A DNA stretch of 64,000 nt from a bacterium. Its GTDB lineage: Bacteria > Hinthialibacterota > Hinthialibacteria > Hinthialibacterales > Hinthialibacteraceae. Shown here piece after piece: positions 9,594 to 18,499 of this stretch (position 1 is its first letter; every line of letters starts with the position of its first letter). Made by a program: the position numbers and the translations under genes. The DNA lies in contig JBHGBC010000007.1 in NCBI GenBank assembly GCA_041946805.1, forward strand, positions 18,723 through 82,722, given 5' to 3'. A model generated the notes under the pieces. It saw nothing but the letters and a program-made list of their open reading frames with translations, made no database searches and had not been told where the DNA came from.

Positions 9594-10358
9594 TCAGTCC
9601 TCCCGCGGGGGGCGCATGGTGGGCGCAAGAAACGCGAGCAGTTTTTGTTCCAGAATGCGGGGATTGTCCCCGGATTGGATCGACATCACGCCTTCGATCG
9701 CCACTTCCTTGACCAGGATTTCTTCCTGGGACCGGGCTTTCAATTTGCCGGCCAGGGGAATGAAGAGCAAGTTGGCCATGAGCGCGCCGTACAGGGTGGT
9801 CAACAGGGCCACGGCCATGGCGGGGCCGATGGCGGAGGGATCGTCGAGGTTTTTCAGCATGGCCACCAGGCCCACCAGGGTGCCGATCATCCCCAGGGCG
9901 GGGGCGACCGTTCCCATGTAGAGCAGGATGGATTGTCCGTTACGGTGCCGGTCTTCGATAAAGGCCAGTTCGGTTTGGAGGATATCCTTGATGAGCTCCG
10001 GTTCCACGCCGTCGACGGCCAGCCGCAGGCCGGAGCGGACGAACTCGTCTTCGATTTCATCCATGGAGGCTTCCAGCGACAGGATGCCTTCCCGCCGCGC
10101 GCGTTCCGCGAAGCTGACCAAGGTGCTGACGGTGTCCAGGGGAGAGGCGGTTTGGGAGAAAAACGCGTTTTTGATGACGCTGGTCAGACTGAGAACGGAG
10201 GGCAGCGGGAAGTTGATCAAGGCGCAGGCAAAAGTTCCTCCCACCACGATCATCACGGAGGGATAGTCGATATAGGTGTTGAGGCTGCCGCCGGTCAAGA
10301 TCGCCGCGATGACCAGTCCGAAGGCGAGTACGAGGCCGACCACAGTCGAAAGATCCAC
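9594..10358 (-). CDS. motA: Flagellar stator MotA/PomA
   Basis: 'ARREGILSLE', 'APALGMIGTLVGLVAML', 'AVALLTTLYG'; GTG start with GGAGG RBS. Confidence 0.95.
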   Translation of the reverse strand: MDLSTVVGLVLAFGLVIAAILTGGSLNTYIDYPSVMIVVGGTFACALINFPLPSVLSLTSVIKNAFFSQTASPLDTVSTLVSFAERARREGILSLEASMDEIEDEFVRSGLRLAVDGVEPELIKDILQTELAFIEDRHRNGQSILLYMGTVAPALGMIGTLVGLVAMLKNLDDPSAIGPAMAVALLTTLYGALMANLLFIPLAGKLKARSQEEILVKEVAIEGVMSIQSGDNPRILEQKLLAFLAPTMRPPRED

Positions 10359-10387
10359 AGGTAAACCTCCTGATTACCGGGGAGTGA

Positions 10388-10582
10388 TTAGGGCCGCGGA
10401 GGCATCCCGATTTCCCGTTTGTAGTCGATGCATTTTTCCCGCACCCGGTCGACCGGTTCCCGGACGAGGTATTTCCGGCCCGTGACCAGGGTGATGACGG
10501 TGTCCGGAGTCGCTTCGACGGTTTCGATCAGTTCGGCGTTCATCATGAAGGGCGTTCCGTTGAGTTTGGTCAGCTGGATCAA
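10388..10582 (-). CDS. flbD: Flagellar protein FlbD/SwrD family
   Basis: 'IQLTKLNGTPFMMNAELIETVEATPDTVITLVTGRKYLVRE'; TTG start preceded by GGAGA; typical position between flgE and motA. Confidence 0.88.
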   Translation of the reverse strand: MIQLTKLNGTPFMMNAELIETVEATPDTVITLVTGRKYLVREPVDRVREKCIDYKREIGMPPRP

Positions 10583-11160
10583 GCCGGATCTCCTATAGAG
10601 AACTCCGGGCATGGCTTGCTGGATCAAGCTGTCCGGAATCGGTTCCTGAAATTTCTTCGTCAGCTCCTGACGGATACGCTGAATCCGATTTGCATCCCAA
10701 GGGCCCATGGTCATGGTATCTAAACGGAAACAGGGGAAAAACCGGCTTTTCCCCATGGATAAATCCTTCCCGGCCGCAGTGGGCCGAACCGCCTTCATTA
10801 TCAGCGTGCCGCCGGGCAAACTTGAGTGGTAGCCCGGTAAACGCCCGCGAGGACAGCGGGGGCTTTGCCCAAAGATATTTGAGTATCCGGAATGATTCGG
10901 CATCCATTTTAAAATCGAGTCCACCCAGACCCAAGGGATGCCGGACCCTCGCCGCGTTATTGCGTGAAGGGATGGGGGCGAACCCCCGGCCGCCTCCTGC
11001 CCCCTCCTGATTCGGATCAAAGCCCCATCGTGCTTTGATCTGAGGATGTATGAGGCGAGCCGGGGCCTGTGGCGTCCTGCTCCTGTTGTCATATGCTGGA
11101 GCCCCATGTGATCGCATTGTCATCCCCGGCCGCAAGCATGCGCCGCAACAGGAAAAGTCA

Positions 11161-11188
11161 GGCCGGAAATTCCAAGAAATTTCCGGCC
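11161..11188 (-). terminator. Hairpin/terminator downstream of flgE
   Basis: Perfect 11-bp stem GGCCGGAAATT/AATTTCCGGCC, 40 nt after the flgE stop, followed on the minus strand by TGACTTTT. Confidence 0.6.
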
Positions 11189-11228
11189 CCCTCAACACGC
11201 AAGATCAATAGGGATCTCGAAAGAGTAT

Positions 11229-14213
11229 TTACCGTTTCAGGGAGACCACCTCGGTCAGAATCTGGTCGCCGGTGGTGATCACCCGGGCGTTGGCCTGATA
11301 AGCCCGCTGGGCGATGATCAGGTTGGTGAATTCCTGCGCCAGATCCACGTTCGACAGCTCCAATGCGCCGGAGTTGATCTCGCCGCCTTCCACGCCCGCT
11401 TCCACGTAAACGCGTTCGCCGGAGTTGGGGCCGGTGGTGAACACGGTGGCCCCGTCCTGGATCAAGCCGCCCTCGTTGGTCACCTTGGCCAGAAGGATCT
11501 TGCCAAGAGACTGTGTGTCGCCATTGGTGAAGATACCCATAATATCACCGTTTTGCGTGACGGTGACACTGTCCAGGCTGCCCGCCGCGCGTCCGTCCTG
11601 GCTTTGAAACTGGGCGGTGTTGGAACCGCTGAAGTAGGTGATCCCATCGAGAGCCATCTGGACGGAAATGGGGGCGACGCCGCTGTTGTTCGGATCCGTG
11701 CTGTCCGGATCGAAGGTGATCACCGGCGCGCCATCTCCGTCGCCGTAGGATTGGAAGCGGCCTTCGCTGTCGAAGATCAAGGTACCGGTGGTCTGGCCGG
11801 CTTGGCCGCGGGGATCGTTGGGAACCACCGCCTGGTAATTGACCGTGTTGCGGATCATACCCGGCTGATGGATGGTGTTGGTGGTGAACGACTGGCCGGA
11901 GCCGTCCCGCGCCACGATTCCCACCGGGACCTGGGGCGCCTGGTCCGCGCCCGGCCGGCCGTCGAAGTTCGTGGGGATGCCGTAGCCTTCTTGATTGAAT
12001 AACGCCCGGAACGCGGTGACCTCGGGTTGGAACGCGGCGTACCCGTCGAATTTCTCCGTGGTCAGACTGGTGTTGGTGGGATACACGCCCGTGCTCAAGG
12101 CCACCAGGTGAACGCCGGAATCGTTGATGCCCGAGGGCAAGGTCGTGGCGGAACTGCCGGAGGCGGAACTGCCGTCGTGGTTGGCCACGCCGAAAGCCTT
12201 GGAGAGGTCGGGATCGAAGGGATCGGCGGATTTGATGAAGCCCGTCGCCTTGCCGCTGTCGGCGGGATTGGCCAGGGGTTCCAGGGGATTGAGGGTGCTG
12301 ACCCGGACGGAGCGGGTTTTCGCGGCCAAGTCCAGGACCAGGCCCAATTTATCCTCGCCTCCGGCGGCGGAGATCAGGTTTTGTGTGAGGGTGGCGTCAT
12401 CCGACACGGACATGCCCAGGCTGCCTCCCTTCGCGCTGAAGGCCAGGCTTCCCTCCGGCGTCAACGTGATCTGAATGGTGGGAATTTCGGCCGGGGCGGA
12501 AAGCGTGGTGATGCCGTTCAGGTTCAGGCCGGTGGCGGCGGGATCGATTTTCGTGAGATTCATGGCCACCTGTTGTATGGCGGCGTTGATCCGGTTCTCG
12601 ATCTGGGTGCGCATCTCATCCAGGGTGGTGGTGGGACTGAATCCCGTGTCACCCAGCAATCCGCCGCCGGAATTGTTGTTGCTGGTCAGATTCAGCATAG
12701 AATCGCCGGTCACATCCAGCCCGGCGGCGGTGAAGTTCGCGTCGATTCCGCCATCGGCCTGGATGGGAACGTTGAAGGTTCCCCCGTTGAAGGAGAGGGC
12801 GCCGTCGGAAAGCCGCAGGGCGATCAGGTTCCCGCCGCCGTCCTTGAAGGTATAGATTCCCTGGGTGGCGACAATGTTGCTGATTTGGCGGGCGGTGAAT
12901 ACGGCGGTGTTGTTGGCCGTGTCGAGCACCGGTTCATTGTATTCCGGTTCCGCGGGGATGACGCCGCCCGGGATAAGCGGACGTCCCTGGCTGTCCTGGA
13001 ACTGGCTGACACGGGTGGCCCCATCCGCGGGCGGGGTTTGGGTGTCCTTCGCCAGGCCGACCGTGATGGTGTGCGTTTTCCCCTGGGAATCGTAGATGTC
13101 GATGGACGTGGTGGTGTCGGCCCGGCGGATTTTGTTGGTCTGTACGACGGAATCCGGATTGACATTGAGTGTCTTGGTGAAATCGGGGTCGTCCTGGTTC
13201 ATGAAGAGATTGCCGATCCGCTGGTTGGCGTCCGCGGGCGGCGTGTCCGAATTGTTCCGGGGGGTCACACCGAGCCGGATGCCTTGGTACGCGTTGTCTC
13301 CGCTGTTGGCCAGTTCGAATTGGCCGGCGCTGGTGAAACTGACCTCCAGTCCGCTGGTCCGAGACGGATCGATGCTCGAGGCCGCCTGGTTGAAGAAATG
13401 GTTCAGGGCGGCCTGCAAATCGGCCACGGTGGTGGTGGAGGTGACGGTCAGGATCACTCCTTTCCCCTTGCCCGTGTCGACACCGGTCAGATCGACCGGA
13501 TTTTGGATACTCTCCGGTGGATTTCCGAGGTTCATGTATCCGGTCTCGAAGCGGATGACATCGCCATTCATCAGGCCGAAGGATTTCCCCGTGGCATCGA
13601 ACAGTCCCAGCAGGTTCGTCGAGTTTTGAGCCATCTGGACCGCATCGCCGCTGTTGGGATCGCCGATCCGGGCGTTGAAGTTGCCAGCCGCCCGGACGGT
13701 ATCCGTCTGTTTGGGCAACGACTGCCGGTTGAAATCGATCTGCAGTTCCGACGGGGCTTCCGTGCTTTGCAACACGCCGTTCGCATCCGCCATCCGCCCG
13801 GTCAACCGGTAACCGGAGCCGGGATCGACGATGTAGCCTTCGTTGTCGAGGGTGAAGTTACCCGCCCGGGTGAGAAATTCCTGCCCGGCCCCATCCTTGA
13901 GGACAAAGAAGCCGTCCCCATTGATGGCCAAATCCAGCAAACGGCCGGTGGTCTGGGGGCTGCCCTGGGTGAAAATAGTATCCACGCTGCCCAGATTCAC
14001 GCCCGTGCCGATTTGCAGCGGATTGATGCCCCCGATGTTGCCCGTGGCGCCCGATCCGTTGAATAAGGTTTGATAGAAAATATCGTTGAAGGTCGGCCGG
14101 CTCGCGCGGAATCCGACCGTGTTGATGTTGGCGATGTTGTTGCCGATGACGTCGATGTTGTGTCCCATGGCGGTGAGGCCGGTGAGACCCATGAAGATGG
14201 ATTGTACTGTCAT
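11229..14213 (-). CDS. flgE: Flagellar hook protein FlgE, unusually long (994 aa)
   Basis: N-terminal 'IGNNIANINTVGF', 'DLAINGDGFF', 'TRAGNF'; C-terminal 'LELSNVDLAQEFTNLIIAQRAYQANAR'; follows flgD. Confidence 0.93.
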   Translation of the reverse strand: MTVQSIFMGLTGLTAMGHNIDVIGNNIANINTVGFRASRPTFNDIFYQTLFNGSGATGNIGGINPLQIGTGVNLGSVDTIFTQGSPQTTGRLLDLAINGDGFFVLKDGAGQEFLTRAGNFTLDNEGYIVDPGSGYRLTGRMADANGVLQSTEAPSELQIDFNRQSLPKQTDTVRAAGNFNARIGDPNSGDAVQMAQNSTNLLGLFDATGKSFGLMNGDVIRFETGYMNLGNPPESIQNPVDLTGVDTGKGKGVILTVTSTTTVADLQAALNHFFNQAASSIDPSRTSGLEVSFTSAGQFELANSGDNAYQGIRLGVTPRNNSDTPPADANQRIGNLFMNQDDPDFTKTLNVNPDSVVQTNKIRRADTTTSIDIYDSQGKTHTITVGLAKDTQTPPADGATRVSQFQDSQGRPLIPGGVIPAEPEYNEPVLDTANNTAVFTARQISNIVATQGIYTFKDGGGNLIALRLSDGALSFNGGTFNVPIQADGGIDANFTAAGLDVTGDSMLNLTSNNNSGGGLLGDTGFSPTTTLDEMRTQIENRINAAIQQVAMNLTKIDPAATGLNLNGITTLSAPAEIPTIQITLTPEGSLAFSAKGGSLGMSVSDDATLTQNLISAAGGEDKLGLVLDLAAKTRSVRVSTLNPLEPLANPADSGKATGFIKSADPFDPDLSKAFGVANHDGSSASGSSATTLPSGINDSGVHLVALSTGVYPTNTSLTTEKFDGYAAFQPEVTAFRALFNQEGYGIPTNFDGRPGADQAPQVPVGIVARDGSGQSFTTNTIHQPGMIRNTVNYQAVVPNDPRGQAGQTTGTLIFDSEGRFQSYGDGDGAPVITFDPDSTDPNNSGVAPISVQMALDGITYFSGSNTAQFQSQDGRAAGSLDSVTVTQNGDIMGIFTNGDTQSLGKILLAKVTNEGGLIQDGATVFTTGPNSGERVYVEAGVEGGEINSGALELSNVDLAQEFTNLIIAQRAYQANARVITTGDQILTEVVSLKR

Positions 14214-14306
14214 TGGTGTATGACCTCCCTGTCCAAGCGTTTGGCGCCTTGGCGCCCGGTTCCTCCTTGAACCGCCGTCAATCCGATTGTGGGTGATTTC
14301 CAGGCT

Positions 14307-14390
14307 CCGGATACACGGGAGCGGAAATCCGGGTGTGGGACCGCGTCCAGCGGTCGGCGGTCCCCAAGGCTTCCTCGGAGAGGTCCAGCC
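14307..14390 (-). promoter_or_regulatory. Candidate structured RNA leader upstream of flgE (two to three hairpins)
   Basis: On the mRNA strand: GGCT-GGA-CCTC-TCC-GAGG-A-AGCC, then GGGACCGC..GCGGTCCC, then CCGGAT..ATCCGG. Confidence 0.5.
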
Positions 14391-14408
14391 TTGCTGAGGA
14401 TCGATTGT

Positions 14409-14822
14409 TTACCCTGGCGTGGGCATGACCACGGTACTGTCGATCTGGGTGAAGACGATTTTTTGCAACTGGGACTGGTCCATCGCGGTGACCACCGTGC
14501 GGTTGTCCACGTTCACCACGAAGGCTTTGCGGTCCATCAGGATGAGGGAGAGGTGGCCCCCCTTCTCCTTGGCCAGGTCGATGGCCTGGTCCAGCTGGGT
14601 CAGGGTTTGGTCATCCAGATCGATGCCCCGGGATTCCACGCGTTGCCGGGCGTGGGCGGAGAGGTTGACGTCCACGCCGGGTGGAACCATTTTCTCACGC
14701 AGAATATCCCCGAATGAACGGCCTTGATTGGCCGCGGGCCGCATGCCCACGATCGGCGGTTGGAGAAAATCGGTGATCGCCGGGGTTGGCAATCCGGCCG
14801 GCGGCAGTTGGATCGAATTCAC
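14409..14822 (-). CDS. Flagellar operon protein, TIGR02530 family
   Basis: 'LSAHARQRVESRGI', 'AKEKGG..SLIL..AFVVNVDNRTVVTAMD..VFTQIDSTV'; located between flgD and flgE. Confidence 0.88.
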   Translation of the reverse strand: MNSIQLPPAGLPTPAITDFLQPPIVGMRPAANQGRSFGDILREKMVPPGVDVNLSAHARQRVESRGIDLDDQTLTQLDQAIDLAKEKGGHLSLILMDRKAFVVNVDNRTVVTAMDQSQLQKIVFTQIDSTVVMPTPG

Positions 14823-15502
14823 GCGGCGTTCCTCCTTTCATAGACGGCTTGCACATCCGATAACGGCGCGGCCTGGCCGTTGATCAGCAAAATGGGAGTT
14901 CCATCCAGGAAGGTGACTCCATCCACCAGATCCCGGATATAAACCGGTATTTCGCTTTCGTTGCCTCCCGCGTCCACGGTGGAGCCGATGGAAATCTGGT
15001 AATTCCCTGCCGTGAGCGTCTGGCCCTTGGCGTTTTTCCCATCGAAGTCGTATTCAACTTCTCCGGGGGCGGGGGCGTTGATCACATCGTTGTAAACAAT
15101 GCGGCCCGAGGCATCCGTCACCTGGACCGGAATTTCGCCCGCCTGGGGCGCCTGAAACACGAAATGGACAGCCTCGTCCGGCTGGAAGGCGAACTGATTG
15201 CCCACCACGGTCGCTTCCTTGCCGATCAAGGAAAGCGCCTGGGCGGTGGCGTTGTTTTGCTGTCCCGCGACCAGTTGCTCCAGGAGTTTGGTTTGCGTTT
15301 GTTGCTGCTCGAGCGAACTGAAGGTCGCCAGTTCCGCCACGAATTCCTGGTTTTCGATGGGATTGAGCGGATCCTGATGCTGCAATTGGGCAATCAACAG
15401 GCGCAGGAAGTCTTCCTTGTTGACGTTGTCCGTGCTCGTGGAGGTCAGCGTGGTTTCGTTTTGGGACACCGGGCTGTTCATGGCGGAAACGGCGGCGGTC
15501 AT
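14819..15502 (-). CDS. flgD: Flagellar hook capping protein FlgD
   Basis: 'EDFLRLLIAQLQHQDPLNP..EFVAELATFSSLEQ', followed by an Ig-like domain with 'FDGKNAKG'. Confidence 0.93.
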   Translation of the reverse strand: MTAAVSAMNSPVSQNETTLTSTSTDNVNKEDFLRLLIAQLQHQDPLNPIENQEFVAELATFSSLEQQQTQTKLLEQLVAGQQNNATAQALSLIGKEATVVGNQFAFQPDEAVHFVFQAPQAGEIPVQVTDASGRIVYNDVINAPAPGEVEYDFDGKNAKGQTLTAGNYQISIGSTVDAGGNESEIPVYIRDLVDGVTFLDGTPILLINGQAAPLSDVQAVYERRNAA

Positions 15503-15528
15503 GGTTCAAGCTCCTTTATCGATCCGCG

Positions 15529-17874
15529 TCATTGGAAATAATCCATCGCGGTAAACCGGTCTTTCCAATACGAATTGTTCCGGCGGGAATGGCGCTCCCC
15601 GGACGAGCGGCGGCCGGACCGGTCATCCTCTCCGGCGGGATCGTGCCGGCTGGACCGGTTGGATTGGGAATCGTTCTTGGCGGAATCCTGTTGTTTGGCG
15701 TCCAGCGTCTCCTTGGAGATGGTCAACCGTTCCACGCGAATGCCTTGATCGTCGAACGCGGAACGCAGGGCGGTGATATTCTGTTCCAGCAAGGCGCGGG
15801 TGGCGTGTTTTTCGGCGCTGATCTGGGCGGACAACAGGTTGTTTTCCAAGGTCATGCGCACGACGATATGGCCGAGCGATTCGGGAACCAGGCGCAAGCT
15901 GACCTGGCTGCGCTGCGAGCCGAGTGATCCTTGCACGGCGCGCACGATCTGGCGGGAAGCGGTTTCCTGCAATTGGGCGATTTTTTCGGTATAGGCCTGG
16001 GCCATGCCGGACGCGGAGGGAGTCTGGGCTGCGTGGGTTTCATTCATCACCGGCGGCGCGGCGTCTGGATGCATGGGCTGGTGGCATTGCGCCTGAACGA
16101 TTTCCGGATGGACCGGGGTTGCCGGGGTGGTGGCCGGACGGGAAGCCGGCGGCAAGGTTTCCACTACCGTGTCCAGGGTGGCGCCAGAAGACGGTGGCGC
16201 AGATTCGGTTTGGGATTCCGGAATCCGCTGGAGCTGGGTGTCCGGTTCGCGGTTGGCGGCTTCACGGTGAAGAGAAGCAGATGCGGTTGTCTTTTTCACA
16301 ACCGGTATGGCTATCTTTTCCATGGATTCGTTCGAGCATTGGTCCGATGGGCCGTCCTCGGCCATGACATCGATCCCAGGGATGAAATTCTTCCGTTTGT
16401 CATCCAGTTTCACCGAGCCGGGATCATGGGATGGGATTGTCTTACGGGCTTGCGGATTCGCGGCGGACAGGAAAACTGTCTGATCATCTTTCATTCCCCA
16501 CTTGGAAGGGATTTCACTGGAGTCCGAAGTGAACAAGAGAGGGGAACGGTCCGGGTACTCCGGGGCTGTGCCCGGGGCGCCGGTTGATGGGAATCCGTTC
16601 TGAAATCCGGAGGGCATTCCCTGAAACGGAGGAAGAGAATTGGCTGATTGGATGGTCTCCCTTGTTGTGGAAGTGTTGATTTCATCCGTACATTCAATGG
16701 GCTCTTCCAAGGTTATTTGAGTGAAAACAGATTCCGCCGGGAGAGACGGTTTCTCAGTTTTCCGCTGCATGTTCATATCTATTGGGGAGGAATGAACCTT
16801 GCCGGCGGCATGCGGCATGGAACCATGGTGGTCCGCGGATATTCTAGAATGCTCCGTCAGAAACGTGGTTTCAGCGGATAGTTGTGCGCCGGACTGGAAG
16901 TGTGTGACTTTCCTGACCGTCTTCTCTGAACTTATCCCTACGGGAATTGCGGTGTTGTCATTATTGGCGCTTTTGATGCCAACCGACTCCTCTTTGATAC
17001 TCCGCTTTGGGGAGTGCTTTGATTCCTGTATTTTATATTTCCCGGTGGGTGCCGGCTGATCAGGGCTGGACTGGATATTCAATGCCATCGGCCTGTCGGG
17101 AGTGGCTAAAAAATGCCGAGAATCGGCAATATTTTCCCACGTTGGGATATCATTTGGGGGGATGGATGGCCCGGATGGAGAAGGGATGGGAATGTCCGTT
17201 CCCTGAGGGTATCCTTGCACGGCAGGTTGGGACGGAAAATCGAAAGAAACACGTGTAGTTTGGCACTCATGCGATGCATTCGAGTCGAGGATGGTTTTTG
17301 ACACATCGATGGAGTTGTATCCGTTTGACTTGGCATCCCCTCGTTTATCCCGGACCAGGCTGCCAGCGTGAATAATCCGGGGGGAGAGAGCCGGGAGTTC
17401 GCCTGTTTCTTGCGGCGCCGATGCGAAGTCCAGCAGCCGTTCCGTCAAAGGGGAATCCGGTTTCGAGGAAATGCGGTTGCCTTCCAGATTTCCGCCCGCC
17501 GGGAGGGCCAGCGGATCCTGAGTGGAATCCGGCGGGGAAAGTATATTTAAGTGAATCGTGGGATTTTTGTCTTGGCCCTCGGTCCGCGTGGATTCGTGGG
17601 ACAAGAAAAGCGCACGGGCAGAGCTTTCCTTTAAGTTCTCTGCCGATATTGCTTTTCGAGACTGGCCAGGCCGGGCCGGGGAGGTTATGGTCACTTCCTG
17701 GCGGGAAGAATGATTGGTTGAAGGACGATGCAGCGCTTCCTGAAACAGGGGGAAGAAGGGGGAAGTGGAGGTTGAGTTCAAAACCGTGGGAGCCTTGGCT
17801 CGAAGCCCGGCCGCCGTATTGGAACGGGAGCGGTCCAAAAAGAAAACAGCGGCGTTTTGTCCCATGTTTACCAT
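15529..17874 (-). CDS. fliK: Flagellar hook-length control protein FliK (~780 aa)
   Basis: Long Pro/Ser-rich low-complexity N-terminal region; C-terminal T3S4 domain 'LRLVPESLGHIVVRM..TRALLEQNITALRSAF'; start uncertain (17907/17874/17865). Confidence 0.85.
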   Translation of the reverse strand: MVNMGQNAAVFFLDRSRSNTAAGLRAKAPTVLNSTSTSPFFPLFQEALHRPSTNHSSRQEVTITSPARPGQSRKAISAENLKESSARALFLSHESTRTEGQDKNPTIHLNILSPPDSTQDPLALPAGGNLEGNRISSKPDSPLTERLLDFASAPQETGELPALSPRIIHAGSLVRDKRGDAKSNGYNSIDVSKTILDSNASHECQTTRVSFDFPSQPAVQGYPQGTDIPIPSPSGPSIPPNDIPTWENIADSRHFLATPDRPMALNIQSSPDQPAPTGKYKIQESKHSPKRSIKEESVGIKSANNDNTAIPVGISSEKTVRKVTHFQSGAQLSAETTFLTEHSRISADHHGSMPHAAGKVHSSPIDMNMQRKTEKPSLPAESVFTQITLEEPIECTDEINTSTTRETIQSANSLPPFQGMPSGFQNGFPSTGAPGTAPEYPDRSPLLFTSDSSEIPSKWGMKDDQTVFLSAANPQARKTIPSHDPGSVKLDDKRKNFIPGIDVMAEDGPSDQCSNESMEKIAIPVVKKTTASASLHREAANREPDTQLQRIPESQTESAPPSSGATLDTVVETLPPASRPATTPATPVHPEIVQAQCHQPMHPDAAPPVMNETHAAQTPSASGMAQAYTEKIAQLQETASRQIVRAVQGSLGSQRSQVSLRLVPESLGHIVVRMTLENNLLSAQISAEKHATRALLEQNITALRSAFDDQGIRVERLTISKETLDAKQQDSAKNDSQSNRSSRHDPAGEDDRSGRRSSGERHSRRNNSYWKDRFTAMDYFQ

Positions 17875-17934
17875 CCGTGGCGACTTTCGCGGCGGCTCCG
17901 GCCGCAATGTGGGAACAGATAATGATCAAGGAAA

Positions 17935-17950
17935 AGCAAAGTCGATGCCA
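17935..17950 (-). promoter_or_regulatory. Sigma-54 (-24/-12) promoter of the fliK-flgD-flgE operon
   Basis: Minus strand TGGCATCGACTTTGCT matches the TGGCACG-N4-TTGCW consensus (GG-N10-GC). Confidence 0.8.
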
Positions 17951-18127
17951 GGTTTGATTTATGGCAAGAAACCAGCGTGAGTATACGGTAATCACTTGAT
18001 TTTGTTGAGCTAAAAACCACAATGGCGAAGGAGGGACGGGCAGGGGAAGTCAGGGAAAGGGGCAATTTTTGCCCAGGATGGGATGGATCGCCAATCGGGC
18101 ATCACAGGGAAGCAAAGGATCAAACGC

Positions 18128-18499
18128 GTGAGTGACCGGATTTATCTGGAAGATGTAGTGGTTATGGCGCGGGTGGGGGCTGGAAAGCGGGAACGGGGAG
18201 AGCCGCAGCCTATCCGTTTGACGATTGTCATGGATTTCGACGCGAGGGCGGCGGGACGATCGGACAACCTGGCCGAAACGTTGAATTATGTGAAAGCCTA
18301 CGAGACCGTGGTGCGGGTGGCTCAATCCCGCCCCTTTGCCTTGTTGGAAGCGCTTGGCGAACGGATCGCGGAGGAGTTGCTGGCCTTGAAAGCCGAGGCG
18401 GTACGTGTCAAGGCGTATAAAGAGAGGAATCCGATTCCCGGAATGCAAGGCCGGGTGGCGGTGGAAATCGTTCGCAACCGTGAACGGATGGGAACATGA
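18128..18499 (+). CDS. folB: Dihydroneopterin aldolase
   Basis: 'DRIYLED..GAGKRERGEPQPI', 'SDNLAETLNY', 'FALLEALGERIA'; GTG start. Confidence 0.88.
   Translation: MSDRIYLEDVVVMARVGAGKRERGEPQPIRLTIVMDFDARAAGRSDNLAETLNYVKAYETVVRVAQSRPFALLEALGERIAEELLALKAEAVRVKAYKERNPIPGMQGRVAVEIVRNRERMGT

Noticed and set aside
10593..11198. 201-aa ORF, or a c-di-GMP riboswitch, in the flgE-flbD gap
   Set aside because: The ORF has no motifs or RBS; GGGCAAA-like words are present but the GEMM two-stem architecture could not be built
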